In this document: positions 13,409 to 22,793 of the stretch, in pieces
Position numbering within the stretch: the first letter of the stretch is position 1
Layout of the letters: each line of letters begins with the position of its first letter
Assembly (NCBI GenBank): GCA_018401415.1
Contig: JAGYKV010000017.1
Span: forward strand, 265,268 to 329,267
Length of the DNA stretch: 64,000 nucleotides
DNA from: Candidatus Nanopelagicales bacterium
GTDB taxonomy: Bacteria > Actinomycetota > Actinomycetes > S36-B12
Reading direction: 5' to 3'
Made by a program: the position numbers and the translations under genes
The notes under the pieces: generated by a model
Database searches by the model: none
What the model saw: the letters and a program-made list of their open reading frames with translations, nothing else
What the model was told of the DNA's origin: nothing

Positions 13409-14860
13409 ATGGCACTCGAATCGTTAACGGCAGTCGAAGTCGCGCCGCTCACCATGCTCACCATGGCGGAGAAAGTATGGGCCGATCACATTGTGCATCA
13501 AGGTGATGGGGAACCAGACCTGCTTTATATTGATCTTCACCTGATCCATGAAGTAACCAGTCCGCAGGCCTTCGATGGCCTGAGAACGGCTGGACGGCCC
13601 GTGCGGCGCCCGGATCTCACGGTCGCCACCGAAGATCACAATATTCCGACAATTGACGTAGATAAACCGATTGCCGATCCAGTCTCTCGAATACAGGTGG
13701 AAACACTTCGTAAAAATTGCGATGAATTTGGTGTACGGCTGTATCCACTTGGCGATATCGAGCAGGGCATTGTCCACGTCGTGGGCCCACAAATGGGTTT
13801 AACTCAACCGGGCATGACAATTGTGTGCGGTGACTCTCACACCAGTACCCACGGAGCCTTTGGGGCACTCGCATTCGGAATTGGCACCAGTGAGGTGGAA
13901 CATGTTCTCGCCACCCAGACCCTCCCGCTCAAGCCATTCAAGACCATGGCTATCAATATTGATGGAGAACTCCCTGCCGGGGTGACGGCCAAAGACATTA
14001 TTTTGGCCGTGATTTCGAAAATTGGAACGGGCGGAGGACAGGGGTACGTTCTGGAATATCGCGGCTCAGCTATTCAATCGCTGTCCATGGAAGGCCGCAT
14101 GACCATCTGCAATATGTCCATTGAGGCTGGCGCCCGAGCCGGAATGGTCGCCCCAGATCAGACAACTTTCGAGTACATCAAGGGCCGTCCCCATGCCCCC
14201 GAGGGTCAGGATTGGGACGACGCGGTGGTCTATTGGGAATCTTTGACAACAGATCCAGGTGCCCAATTTGATGCCGAAGTACATATTGATGCAGCAACGC
14301 TTTCTCCTTATGTCACTTGGGGAACCAATCCAGGACAGGGATTGCCTCTTTCATCTGTCGTTCCGGATCCGGCACAGGCACACAGCGGTGAGGAACGGAT
14401 GGCAATCGAGCAAGCACTTGCCTACATGGATCTCACGCCAGGTACCCCATTGAGAGACATCAGGGTCGACACGGTTTTCCTCGGTTCATGTACCAACGGT
14501 CGAATTGAAGATCTCCGCGCGGCTGCCTCGGTGCTCCGAGGTAAACACATTGCATCGGGGGTTCGACTTCTGGTCGTTCCCGGTTCCACTCGAGTACGGT
14601 TGCAGGCCGAGTCTGAGGGCTTGCATCAGATATTTCTCGATGCAGGTGCGGAGTGGCGCGGTGCGGGATGTTCCATGTGTCTTGCCATGAATCCTGATAA
14701 ATTGGCTCCGGGTGAACGAAGTGCATCGACTTCCAACCGCAACTTTGAAGGAAGACAAGGACCGGGGGGCCGGACCCACCTAGTGTCGCCCGAAGTGGCC
14801 GCCGCAACAGCGATCATCGGGACCCTGTCAGCTCCAGCCGATCTGGAGGTGGCATCCTGA
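13409..14860 (+). CDS. leuC: 3-isopropylmalate dehydratase large subunit
   Basis: Aconitase-family motifs [15 protein letters not shown] and [11 protein letters not shown] 13409 lies 6 nt after AGGAGGA. The track start is TTG 13406. Confidence 0.95.
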   Translation: MALESLTAVEVAPLTMLTMAEKVWADHIVHQGDGEPDLLYIDLHLIHEVTSPQAFDGLRTAGRPVRRPDLTVATEDHNIPTIDVDKPIADPVSRIQVETLRKNCDEFGVRLYPLGDIEQGIVHVVGPQMGLTQPGMTIVCGDSHTSTHGAFGALAFGIGTSEVEHVLATQTLPLKPFKTMAINIDGELPAGVTAKDIILAVISKIGTGGGQGYVLEYRGSAIQSLSMEGRMTICNMSIEAGARAGMVAPDQTTFEYIKGRPHAPEGQDWDDAVVYWESLTTDPGAQFDAEVHIDAATLSPYVTWGTNPGQGLPLSSVVPDPAQAHSGEERMAIEQALAYMDLTPGTPLRDIRVDTVFLGSCTNGRIEDLRAAASVLRGKHIASGVRLLVVPGSTRVRLQAESEGLHQIFLDAGAEWRGAGCSMCLAMNPDKLAPGERSASTSNRNFEGRQGPGGRTHLVSPEVAAATAIIGTLSAPADLEVAS

Positions 14861-15447
14861 TGGAATCCTTCGTGACCCATACGGGTACCGCCGCCCCTTT
14901 GCGGCGCAGCAACGTGGACACGGATCAAATCATTCCGGCCGAGTACCTCAAGCGGATTACCCGCCATGGATTTGAAGATGCTCTCTTTGCATCATGGCGA
15001 AATGACCCTGAGTTTGTGCTCAACCTCCCGCAGTATCAAGGCGTGAGCGTGCTGGTAGCCGGATCAGATTTCGGAACCGGCTCTTCGCGGGAACATGCAG
15101 TGTGGGCACTTCAGGATTTTGGGTTCAAAGCGGTCCTGAGCTCACGTTTTGCTGACATTTTTCGGGGTAACTCAGGAAAGGGTGGTCTTCTTGCCGCTCA
15201 GATTTCGCAGGAAGATATTGAGTTCATCTGGGGGGTCATCGAAACCAATCCTCAGATCCCAGTCACCATCGATCTTGAAGCAAAGACAGTCTCCGTGGGT
15301 GATTTTACCTGTGAATTTGAAGTCGACGACTATGTCCGTTGGCGCCTACTCCGTGGCCTAGATGACATCGGTCTCACCATGCAACACCAGTCTGATATTG
15401 ACCTATACGAGTCCGCGCGGCCTTCCTTTAAGCCGTCGGTGCGCTAG
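14860..15447 (+). CDS. leuD: 3-isopropylmalate dehydratase small subunit
   Basis: 195 aa. Aconitase swivel domain motif [13 protein letters not shown]. The ATG overlaps the leuC stop (TGATG). Confidence 0.95.
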   Translation: MESFVTHTGTAAPLRRSNVDTDQIIPAEYLKRITRHGFEDALFASWRNDPEFVLNLPQYQGVSVLVAGSDFGTGSSREHAVWALQDFGFKAVLSSRFADIFRGNSGKGGLLAAQISQEDIEFIWGVIETNPQIPVTIDLEAKTVSVGDFTCEFEVDDYVRWRLLRGLDDIGLTMQHQSDIDLYESARPSFKPSVR

Positions 15448-15610
15448 TTCCACGTTAATCACAATGTCACAATCACCAAGATCAAACTCCACAAAAACTG
15501 TTGTATTGCAACGGATATCGGCGTGGCAGACGTTGACCACCTACTTTTATGTTTAGTCTTGGACTGTTGGTCGTCCGATCAACCTGATCACCCTCCGGAG
15601 GGGTTAACTC

Positions 15611-15991
15611 GTGAATAAAGCAGAAATTATTGACTCAGTCGCGACCAAGCTTGAAATGAGTAAGCGCGAAGTTACGGCTGTTGTGGACCTATTCATTGAT
15701 GAAACTAAGCGGTCTGTAGTGCGTGGTGAAAAAGTTGCCATCAGTGGATTCGGTGTATTTGAAGCTCAGGCTCGTAAGGCTCGACTCGGCCGTAATCCGC
15801 GCACTGGGGAGACTGTCAAGATTAAGGCCACCAAGCTTCCCAAGTTCCGCGCAGGCGCTGAATTTAAAGCATTTGTTGCAGGAGACAAGAAAATGGCGAG
15901 TGCAGGTGCTGCACCCAAGAAGGCTGTTGCGAAGAAAGCTGTCGTGAAGAAAGCTGCGCCAAAGAAAGCTGCGCCAAAACGTCGTAAATAA
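15611..15991 (+). CDS. hup: HU-family nucleoid protein with a Lys/Ala/Pro-rich C-terminal tail
   Basis: GTG start. HU fold (MNKAEIIDSVA, RNPRTGE) followed by the tail AAPKKAVAKKAVVKKAAPKKAAPKRRK, as in actinobacterial HupB/Hlp. Confidence 0.9.
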   Translation: MNKAEIIDSVATKLEMSKREVTAVVDLFIDETKRSVVRGEKVAISGFGVFEAQARKARLGRNPRTGETVKIKATKLPKFRAGAEFKAFVAGDKKMASAGAAPKKAVAKKAVVKKAAPKKAAPKRRK

Positions 15992-15999
15992 AATCCTCC

Positions 16000-16038
16000 A
16001 TGGGTAATGGCCGCCACTTTGTGGCGGCCATTACCCAT
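16000..16038. terminator. perfect 18-bp stem / 3-nt loop hairpin between convergent hup and fbiD-like genes (no adjacent U-tract)
   Basis: ATGGGTAATGGCCGCCAC-ttt-GTGGCGGCCATTACCCAT, read directly. It starts 9 nt after the hup stop. Confidence 0.6.
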
Positions 16039-16062
16039 GTATACCTGCCGTGCGAGCGGGAG

Positions 16063-16875
16063 CTATCCGCGAATTGGCGGGAGGATAAATCTCTGCCCGA
16101 TGCGCGGTTGGATTAGTGGTGAAAGGTTTAAATCCTCTAGTGAATGAAATCGTCCTTTTTCATCCAGTCCAACCAGGGGCGAGACCTGAGAAATCGTTAC
16201 TAGTATTTCAGATTCGTCACGTTGATCCTGACCATCATTGAAAATATCTCCGGATTCGTTTTTGTCCAATGCGTTTCTAGTGGCAGCGCCAACACCGATT
16301 CGAATTGCATCCCACAGGTTAACTGCAGTATCCACATCTCTGCGCGCGCCAATGAGTTCCTTATCCAATATTTCGATTGCGCCACTCTCTCGGTGCATGG
16401 CTCTCGAACGTGGACCGAAGTGTGGCATGGGTGCTGTGCTGCGAGTACGCATCCACATTGTGCTACCAATGCCTTCTGCGTCGGGGACAAACGCACTTTC
16501 ATATTCTGCGCCCCGGTTAAGAAAGGTATCTACCTGGGCAGGAAGGAGGCAGGGGAGATCACCCAATACAACGAGAATGCTGCGCTGATCAGGTGGTTCA
16601 AGTGAAGCGATTCCCAGATAAATCGCAGGGAGTAGGCCGTCACTTTGACTTTCCACAATGACGCGGCAATTCGAATCGCGAGCGAGTTCACAGATTGTGG
16701 GATCCGCAGAGATGACGGTGACAGAAGCAACCAACTCGCTGTTGCTAAGTGCTGTGATTACATCGGTGATGAATGGGAGGGCTAAATCCTCTCGCCCGAG
16801 TCGACTTTTTGCATGTTTAAGCCGCTTAGCTGGAACAATCGCATGCCATCGACGGTTAAACATGGGTTCATTCAA
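16063..16875 (-). CDS. fbiD: CofC/FbiD-type guanylyltransferase (F420 biosynthesis) with an extra ~67-aa C-terminal extension
   Basis: AIVPAKRLKHAKSRL, VLGDLP, HFGPRSRAMHRESGAIEI and RRDVDTAVNLWDAIRIGVGAATRNAL resemble Mtb FbiD (Rv2983) as I recall it. The hup-fbiD-gpsA neighbourhood is also the same. Confidence 0.7.
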   Translation of the reverse strand: MNEPMFNRRWHAIVPAKRLKHAKSRLGREDLALPFITDVITALSNSELVASVTVISADPTICELARDSNCRVIVESQSDGLLPAIYLGIASLEPPDQRSILVVLGDLPCLLPAQVDTFLNRGAEYESAFVPDAEGIGSTMWMRTRSTAPMPHFGPRSRAMHRESGAIEILDKELIGARRDVDTAVNLWDAIRIGVGAATRNALDKNESGDIFNDGQDQRDESEILVTISQVSPLVGLDEKGRFHSLEDLNLSPLIQPRIGQRFILPPIRG

Positions 16876-16894
16876 TCGTGCCTGCGGGTAGTCT

Positions 16895-17665
16895 GTGCGA
16901 GTGCCTGGTCATCCGACTCGATCATCAAAGCTTGGGCCCGGGTATCGCATTGCGGTGATTCTTCTGAAGCCCGTTTTAGTTTTGTTCACCAAGAGGGATT
17001 GGCGTGGATTTGACCAGTTGAAGTCAGTTGACGGTGGACTCATTGTCGCGACGAACCACACGTCATGGTTTGATCCACTGCCGGTCGCACATGCCCTGTA
17101 CGCACATGATCGTCCCCCCCGATTTTTGGGTAAGGAATCGGTTTTCCGCGTACCGATTGTGGGGTGGGTTATTTCGAATGCAGGTCAAATTCGGGTGTAT
17201 CGGGAAAGCTCCGAGGCAATGGCTGCTTTTCGCGATGCCGTACTCGCGGTCGAACATGGTGAATGTGTCGTTGTTTACCCCGAGGGAACAATTACCAAGG
17301 ATCCCCATCTGTGGCCCATGGAGGGTAAAACGGGGGCGGTGAGAATCGCTTTGGCCTCCGGTCGTCCGCTGTTCCCCATGGTGCAGTGGGGTCCACAGGC
17401 TGTCATGCGTCCGTACAAGAAGGAACTTCGTTTAATCCCCAGGAAAACCATGCATATTTGGTTGGGGGAGCCCATTGATCTCTCTCCCTATCGCAACATG
17501 GATTGGACGCCTGAGTTGTTACATGAAGCAACTGAAAAACTGATGCGGGCTTTAGCACAGATGGAGGGGCAGATACGTGGGGAGACTCCTCCGGCTATCT
17601 TGTACTCGCCACCAAGGGTGACTGAGAACTCTGATGGACACCCGAGTGATGGAGGCGGATCGTGA
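16895..17665 (+). CDS. plsC: 1-acyl-sn-glycerol-3-phosphate acyltransferase
   Basis: 256 aa. HXXXXD motif NHTSWFDP and YPEGT. The start is uncertain: GTG 16895 lies only 19 bp from the divergent fbiD start. Confidence 0.85.
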   Translation: MRVPGHPTRSSKLGPGYRIAVILLKPVLVLFTKRDWRGFDQLKSVDGGLIVATNHTSWFDPLPVAHALYAHDRPPRFLGKESVFRVPIVGWVISNAGQIRVYRESSEAMAAFRDAVLAVEHGECVVVYPEGTITKDPHLWPMEGKTGAVRIALASGRPLFPMVQWGPQAVMRPYKKELRLIPRKTMHIWLGEPIDLSPYRNMDWTPELLHEATEKLMRALAQMEGQIRGETPPAILYSPPRVTENSDGHPSDGGGS

Positions 17666-18657
17666 CCACTGTAGCCATGATGGGCAGCGGATCCTGGGGG
17701 ACGGCATTTGCTGCGGTTCTCGCAGATGCCGGGTGTCAGGTGACCATGTGGGGACGTGACCAGCAGGTGGCCGATTCCATTTCATTCGATCACATGAATC
17801 CGACCTATCACCCCGGTGTGATTCTTCCCCGGTCACTGGATGCCACCACTGATGCAGGTAAGGCCCTACGAGGTGCCACGGTTGTAGTGCTCGCTGTTCC
17901 ATCTCAGTCTCTCCGTGCAAATCTTCAGCAATGGTCTGAGTTCAGGCACCCCGATATCACCTATGTAAGCCTCATGAAAGGTATTGAATTAGGCACAAAT
18001 GACCGCATGAGTCAGGTCATTGCCGAAGTTACCGGTGCCCCAAGCGGTCACATAGCGGTGGTTTCAGGTCCCAACCTTGCCAAGGAAATAATTGTCCATC
18101 AGCCGACCGCTACAACGGTTGCATCCGAAACTGAAAATTGTGCGCGCCTTGTATCAGATTTATGTACCACCGACTACTTCCGCCCTTACTGGACGACCGA
18201 CGTTATCGGCACTGAAATTGGTGGCGCGGTGAAGAATGTTATTGCACTAGCGAATGGGATTGCAGTGGGCATGGGGCTGGGTGAGAACTCACAAGCGTCC
18301 TTGATCACCCGGGGACTTGCCGAGATTGCTCGGCTGGGCTCAGCTCTCGGAGCAGAAGCCATCACATTCTTAGGCCTCGCAGGAGTGGGTGACCTCGTTG
18401 CCACGTGTCAATCCCCGCTATCTCGGAACAGAACATTTGGCGAAAATTTAGGCAAGGGTCTGAGTGTTGAAGAAACAATTTCCGTTACCAAGCAAACATG
18501 TGAGGCATATAAAAGTTGTGAACCAATATTGCAGTTAGCGAACGCCTACGGAGTGGATATGCCAATCACCTATGAAGTCGTGCAAGTTTTGCACCACGGC
18601 AAACCCCCTGCAGAGTTGCTCACCTCATTTATGCAGCGTGAAACCCGCGCGGAGTAG
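17662..18657 (+). CDS. gpsA: NAD(P)H-dependent glycerol-3-phosphate dehydrogenase
   Basis: 331 aa. Motifs GSGSWGTAFA and GGAVKNVIALA. GTGA overlap with plsC. Confidence 0.95.
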   Translation: MTTVAMMGSGSWGTAFAAVLADAGCQVTMWGRDQQVADSISFDHMNPTYHPGVILPRSLDATTDAGKALRGATVVVLAVPSQSLRANLQQWSEFRHPDITYVSLMKGIELGTNDRMSQVIAEVTGAPSGHIAVVSGPNLAKEIIVHQPTATTVASETENCARLVSDLCTTDYFRPYWTTDVIGTEIGGAVKNVIALANGIAVGMGLGENSQASLITRGLAEIARLGSALGAEAITFLGLAGVGDLVATCQSPLSRNRTFGENLGKGLSVEETISVTKQTCEAYKSCEPILQLANAYGVDMPITYEVVQVLHHGKPPAELLTSFMQRETRAE

Positions 18658-18663
18658 CGAATA

Positions 18664-19716
18664 TCAGGCCTTATTTAAAGCCGAATCCAGATCAGCCCAC
18701 AGGTCGTCAGGGTGTTCGATTCCCAGCGACAACCGGATGAGGTTCTCGGGAACCGTTTCGCTCTCCAAAGGCCACCGCCGTCGACGCTCCAGTAAGGATT
18801 CCACCCCGCCCAGGCTCGTGGCGTAGGTCCAAATATTCGTGGATCGACACACGAGATCCGCATTCCCCACCACCTCGATGGCTGCGATGGTTCCCCAGTC
18901 TGGGTAGCGGACACGGCTGACTCGTGAATCACCCCGTAGTCTCTCCACGATTGCTCGCGCATTTGACTCAGATTTTTCGTATCGAAGATAGAGAGTTCGG
19001 AGCCCGCGAAGTGCCAGATAACAGTCAAATGCGCTCGGCATGGCTCCTAAGAGAATGCGGCGTATGTGAATCTGATCGGTGAGTTGGGGGTCAGATGTAA
19101 TAACCGCACCCATTAAGAGGTCTGAATGGCCACTCAGAATCTTGGTCACACTGTGCAGAACATAGTCAGCACCCATGGTCAAGGGTCTTTGGGCAACGGG
19201 TGTCGCGAACGTGTTGTCCACCACGCTGATCACCTTGTTGGCCTTGGCGGCAGTCAGACATATTTCAACGTCTGCTACATCCAGCATGGGATTAGTTGGT
19301 GATTCCAACCACAGGTAATCCGCTTTCGGCAAAGCCGCCAAAATTCTTTGGGTGTCGTGAACGGGTAATAGCACCAAATTAATGAACGCACGTTCGGCGA
19401 GTTCCTTGAGTCTGACGGCAACACCCGTATAGGTATTTATTGGAGCGATGACCGTGGCACCGTGTGGAATCAGATCTAAGATCGCATTTGCTGCTGCCAT
19501 ACCGGAAGAAAAGACAGTTGCATGACCATGCTCCAGTGCACCCAGTGCTTCCTCAAAAGCTGTGGCAGTTGGATTCCCCTCCCTGGCGTATTCGATGGAG
19601 CCCTCCGCGTGGAATGTCGATGCAGGAACAATTGGAGTGTTCACGGGGTTATCGGGGATTCGAGGTGGGCGACCGGCGGTGACCGCCGTCGTGCTGGGGT
19701 GAACGTCAGATTCCAT
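18664..19716 (-). CDS. Cys/Met-metabolism PLP-dependent enzyme (cystathionine gamma-synthase/lyase family)
   Basis: 350 aa. The PLP-lysine context is HSVTKILSGHSD, with family-typical N- and C-terminal regions (ESPTNPML, SLGGVESL). Confidence 0.8.
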   Translation of the reverse strand: MESDVHPSTTAVTAGRPPRIPDNPVNTPIVPASTFHAEGSIEYAREGNPTATAFEEALGALEHGHATVFSSGMAAANAILDLIPHGATVIAPINTYTGVAVRLKELAERAFINLVLLPVHDTQRILAALPKADYLWLESPTNPMLDVADVEICLTAAKANKVISVVDNTFATPVAQRPLTMGADYVLHSVTKILSGHSDLLMGAVITSDPQLTDQIHIRRILLGAMPSAFDCYLALRGLRTLYLRYEKSESNARAIVERLRGDSRVSRVRYPDWGTIAAIEVVGNADLVCRSTNIWTYATSLGGVESLLERRRRWPLESETVPENLIRLSLGIEHPDDLWADLDSALNKA

Positions 19717-19786
19717 TGCTCAACCCTAACTAAAGTCCGATCCACGGGTGCACAACATCCGGAGTGCCTAGCGATACGGTCAGGGC

Positions 19787-20908
19787 ATGTCCGGTGACAT
19801 CGCTTTTGTGCCCACAACGGTGGGTATTATTTTTGGCGGAGTAGGTCCCGAGCACGGAGTGTCCTGTTTAAGTGCCCGATCAATTGCTCGAGCAATCGAA
19901 GAGCAAGGATTCAAACTGTTATGCATTGGTATCAGCACTTCGGGCAAGTGGTGTGTCGTGCCTTCTGAAGTGGTTAAGAACTACGCGATTGTTGGCGGAT
20001 CTCTGCCTGGTGTTTCCGCAACGGGCAAACCTGTGACTGTTCATCTTGACCCGAATTCACCAGGATTCGTGGTCGGTGCGGAATTCATGCCCTGCGGGGT
20101 TGTCTTCCCGATAGTTCACGGCGTCGGAGGTGAGGACGGCCAACTTCAGGGTCTGCTCCAATCTGCAGGGATCACCTATGTTGGTTCAGGTATCGAGGCC
20201 TCCGCCATCGGCCTGAATAAAGTGACAGCGAAACGTTTGGTTCGGAGTAGTGGGATCGAAACTGGGGAGTGGCTGAGTGTTAACACACTCGAAGCAAGTG
20301 AGAACTCGCAATTCGATTCGACACGTGTGTGGAGTCACTTCGGTGGCTCAGAATTATTTATTAAGCCCGTTTCAGGCGGTTCATCAGCAGGGATAACTCT
20401 TGTTAAGGAACAAGGTGAGTTGGACTTTGCTTTGGCTGCCGCCACCCAAGTCTCGGAATTGTTGATCGTGGAAAAAAGAATAATCAAGCCTCGCGAGTTT
20501 GAAGTGGCCATTCTTGAAACGGACCTGGGGGTGCAGGCCAGCCCGGTCGGCGAGATAAAGGTTCACCCAGAATTTGAGTTTTATGATTTTCAGGCAAAGT
20601 ACCTGTCACATGGCGCTGAGTTGATTACCCCTGCGAAACTTGAGCCCGATTTCGCCGATCATATTCGTTCGACAGCCATCGAGGTATTTCGAATATTGGG
20701 GTGCCGTGACTACGCTCGAGTTGACTTCTTCCTGGATGAAGACTCTCAATTGATATTCAATGAGATCAATACCGTGCCAGGGTTTACCTCAATTTCCATG
20801 TTCTCACGCATGTGGGCTGCCGGGGGAATCGATTTTCCGGACCTCGTTCATCAGCTATTGGGAAATGCATTGGCAAGATCCACCAGTAACCCGGAGGAAA
20901 ATTCATAA
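19787..20908 (+). CDS. ddl: D-alanine--D-alanine ligase
   Basis: 373 aa. ATP-grasp fold (GIIFGGVGPEHGVS, HGVGGEDGQLQGLL, EINTVPGFT). Confidence 0.9.
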   Translation: MSGDIAFVPTTVGIIFGGVGPEHGVSCLSARSIARAIEEQGFKLLCIGISTSGKWCVVPSEVVKNYAIVGGSLPGVSATGKPVTVHLDPNSPGFVVGAEFMPCGVVFPIVHGVGGEDGQLQGLLQSAGITYVGSGIEASAIGLNKVTAKRLVRSSGIETGEWLSVNTLEASENSQFDSTRVWSHFGGSELFIKPVSGGSSAGITLVKEQGELDFALAAATQVSELLIVEKRIIKPREFEVAILETDLGVQASPVGEIKVHPEFEFYDFQAKYLSHGAELITPAKLEPDFADHIRSTAIEVFRILGCRDYARVDFFLDEDSQLIFNEINTVPGFTSISMFSRMWAAGGIDFPDLVHQLLGNALARSTSNPEENS

Positions 20909-21303
20909 TCCGATGGAATATTAATCTCCACAAATTCGGTCGAATTTACGCTCGTAAACCGTTGACCCTGAGTGAGTTTTTCAGGCAACCAGTCAACTCC
21001 GTTGACTGAAATCAGTTGACTCGTGGACTGCAATGACGCAGGTTTAATCACCCCGCACCTGAGCACAATTGCCGGATCTCCCCAAGCAGCGACTCCCTGG
21101 TCTGAGCGGGTTGTAGAGCGAATTAGCTCCCCGGCAATTTCAACCGGGAGGGATTGAGTCAAGGTGGTGCAATAGGCCGAGGAACCAGTTAGCCCGGGCT
21201 CAACGTTGAGTTGTTGCGAACAACCCGCCAGAAAAACAAGACTCGCAAAGCCGGCTATTGCGGGTGCCACGGCGAACGACTTCAATGTGCGAGGAATGAT
21301 CAC
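20851..21303 (-). CDS. DUF3515-like lipoprotein
   Basis: GTG start. Signal peptide with lipobox LAGC, and AAWGDPAIVLRCG, which is characteristic of the actinobacterial DUF3515 family found between ddl and thiL (cf. Rv2980). The 3' end overlaps ddl by 58 nt. Confidence 0.7.
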   Translation of the reverse strand: MIIPRTLKSFAVAPAIAGFASLVFLAGCSQQLNVEPGLTGSSAYCTTLTQSLPVEIAGELIRSTTRSDQGVAAWGDPAIVLRCGVIKPASLQSTSQLISVNGVDWLPEKLTQGQRFTSVNSTEFVEINIPSDYEFSSGLLVDLANAFPNS

Positions 21304-21359
21304 ACATGCACCCTATAGTTTCAGTTGTTCATATTTTGATCGAGAGGGAGTCCTGTTTC

Positions 21360-22364
21360 ATGGCTGCGATATCAGGCGATGACAATGCGTCCAATGCCGT
21401 TACTTTGCAGAGCCTGGGTGAGTTTGCTGTCATAGATCGATTGAAAGATATTGCAAAGCTTGGTTCGCGGGAAATTTCGATTCCCGATCCTGTTGTCGGT
21501 TCCGGAGATGACTCGGCAATTGTGGCATTTGGTAGTGCTCACGTTGCCATGAGCGTTGATCTGTTTGTTCAAGATCGACATTTTCGAACAGATTGGTCTA
21601 CCGGCGTGGATATTGGACGCCGGTGCGCCGCAGCGTCCATGTCAGATATTTGCGCCATGGGTGTTGAGCCCAGCACATTGCTCGTCGGTGTGGCCGCCCC
21701 ACCTGAAACAACCATGTCATGGATAACGGAAATGTACTCTGGTCTGGTTGAAGAAGCAGCCATCGCCGGCGCACGAGTTGTGGGTGGGGATCTCAGTTCC
21801 GCAATCGCCATCATGATCTCTGTGACGGCACTGGGGCAGGCACCTAAAAAGGGTGCTGTTACCAGATCAGGGGCACGTGTCGGCGATGTAGTGGCAGTCC
21901 ATGGTGCACTCGGTAGGGCGGCCGCAGGGCTGCGGGTACTGCAGCGCGGTTTACGGTCGCCTCGATCACTTGTGGATTCGTATAGGTTTCCCCATGTTGA
22001 CTACACGGCGGGAGTTCGCGCCCGTGATGCCGGAGCCCACGCAATGATCGATGTGTCCGATGGCCTGGTTGCAGATCTTCGACACATTGCTGACGCATCC
22101 GTGGTGACAATCAATATTGACAAGGGCCTATTAATGGTTCCCGAGGACCTGACAAGTGCGGCCGCTGCCTTTGGACTTGATCCCCTGACATGGGTCCTGG
22201 AAGGCGGTGATGACCACGCAATCATCGCTACTTTTCCAGTTGCGGCAACATTACCTGCGGGCTTCCACGCGATCGGAGTAGTGAACGAGAGGGGCGAACA
22301 CGGTGTCACCGTGGATCAGGCGATCTTTGAGGGTTCTGGCGGATACTCGCACTTTCATCAGTGA
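21360..22364 (+). CDS. thiL: thiamine-monophosphate kinase
   Basis: AIR-synthase-related fold (GEFAVIDRL, GDDSAIV, GGDLS). I prefer ATG 21360, because the 18-codon upstream extension to 21306 has no family counterpart. Confidence 0.85.
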   Translation: MAAISGDDNASNAVTLQSLGEFAVIDRLKDIAKLGSREISIPDPVVGSGDDSAIVAFGSAHVAMSVDLFVQDRHFRTDWSTGVDIGRRCAAASMSDICAMGVEPSTLLVGVAAPPETTMSWITEMYSGLVEEAAIAGARVVGGDLSSAIAIMISVTALGQAPKKGAVTRSGARVGDVVAVHGALGRAAAGLRVLQRGLRSPRSLVDSYRFPHVDYTAGVRARDAGAHAMIDVSDGLVADLRHIADASVVTINIDKGLLMVPEDLTSAAAAFGLDPLTWVLEGGDDHAIIATFPVAATLPAGFHAIGVVNERGEHGVTVDQAIFEGSGGYSHFHQ

Positions 22365-22393
22365 GCGGTTCTTCTCAGGGCACTCGGACGCCT

Positions 22394-22425
22394 AAAAAAG
22401 GTGGAGCCGCATTCGCAGCCCCACC
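22394..22425 (-). terminator. intrinsic terminator of rpmB
   Basis: The minus strand reads GGTGGGGC-tgcgaatgcg-GCTCCACC followed by TTTTTT (plus-strand A-run 22394..22399). Confidence 0.65.
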
Positions 22426-22439
22426 ATGAAAGTCTCAGA

Positions 22440-22631
22440 TTAGGAAGCGCGCGCGACTTTCCCAGCCTTGATACACGAAGTACAAACATTCAAACGTTTG
22501 GGGGAGCGACCCACCATGGCGCGCACCCGCTGAATATTTGGGTTCCAACGACGCTTTGTCCGGCGATGTGAATGAGAAACGTTATGCCCGAAGCTAGGGC
22601 TCTTTCCGCAGATATCGCAGTTTGCAGCCAC
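22440..22631 (-). CDS. rpmB: 50S ribosomal protein L28 (Zn-ribbon, C+ form)
   Basis: 63 aa. [20 protein letters not shown] and [10 protein letters not shown] (two CxxC pairs). GTG start after GAGGAG. Confidence 0.95.
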   Translation of the reverse strand: MAANCDICGKSPSFGHNVSHSHRRTKRRWNPNIQRVRAMVGRSPKRLNVCTSCIKAGKVARAS

Positions 22632-22793
22632 AGGAACTCCTCAGGTGTATCGGCCTGAACACGTCAGTACCGTTAGGTAGGTTGATAACACATTGTCTTG
22701 TGAGCTCGGTGTCAACCACGAGGCCATGCACCAACATCACGAAACCTGAGAAAGAATAGCCCAAGTGCGATAGAGATATTAAGGAGGGGTGAG

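Noticed and set aside
15459-15559. A tandem 8-mer TCACAAT(G/C) x2 (15459..15474) and a TTGACC-15-TAGTCT promoter-like pair (15533..15559) upstream of hup.
   Set aside because: The repeat is short and imperfect. The promoter spacer of 15 nt is shorter than the usual 16-19 nt. This is too weak to call without TSS data.
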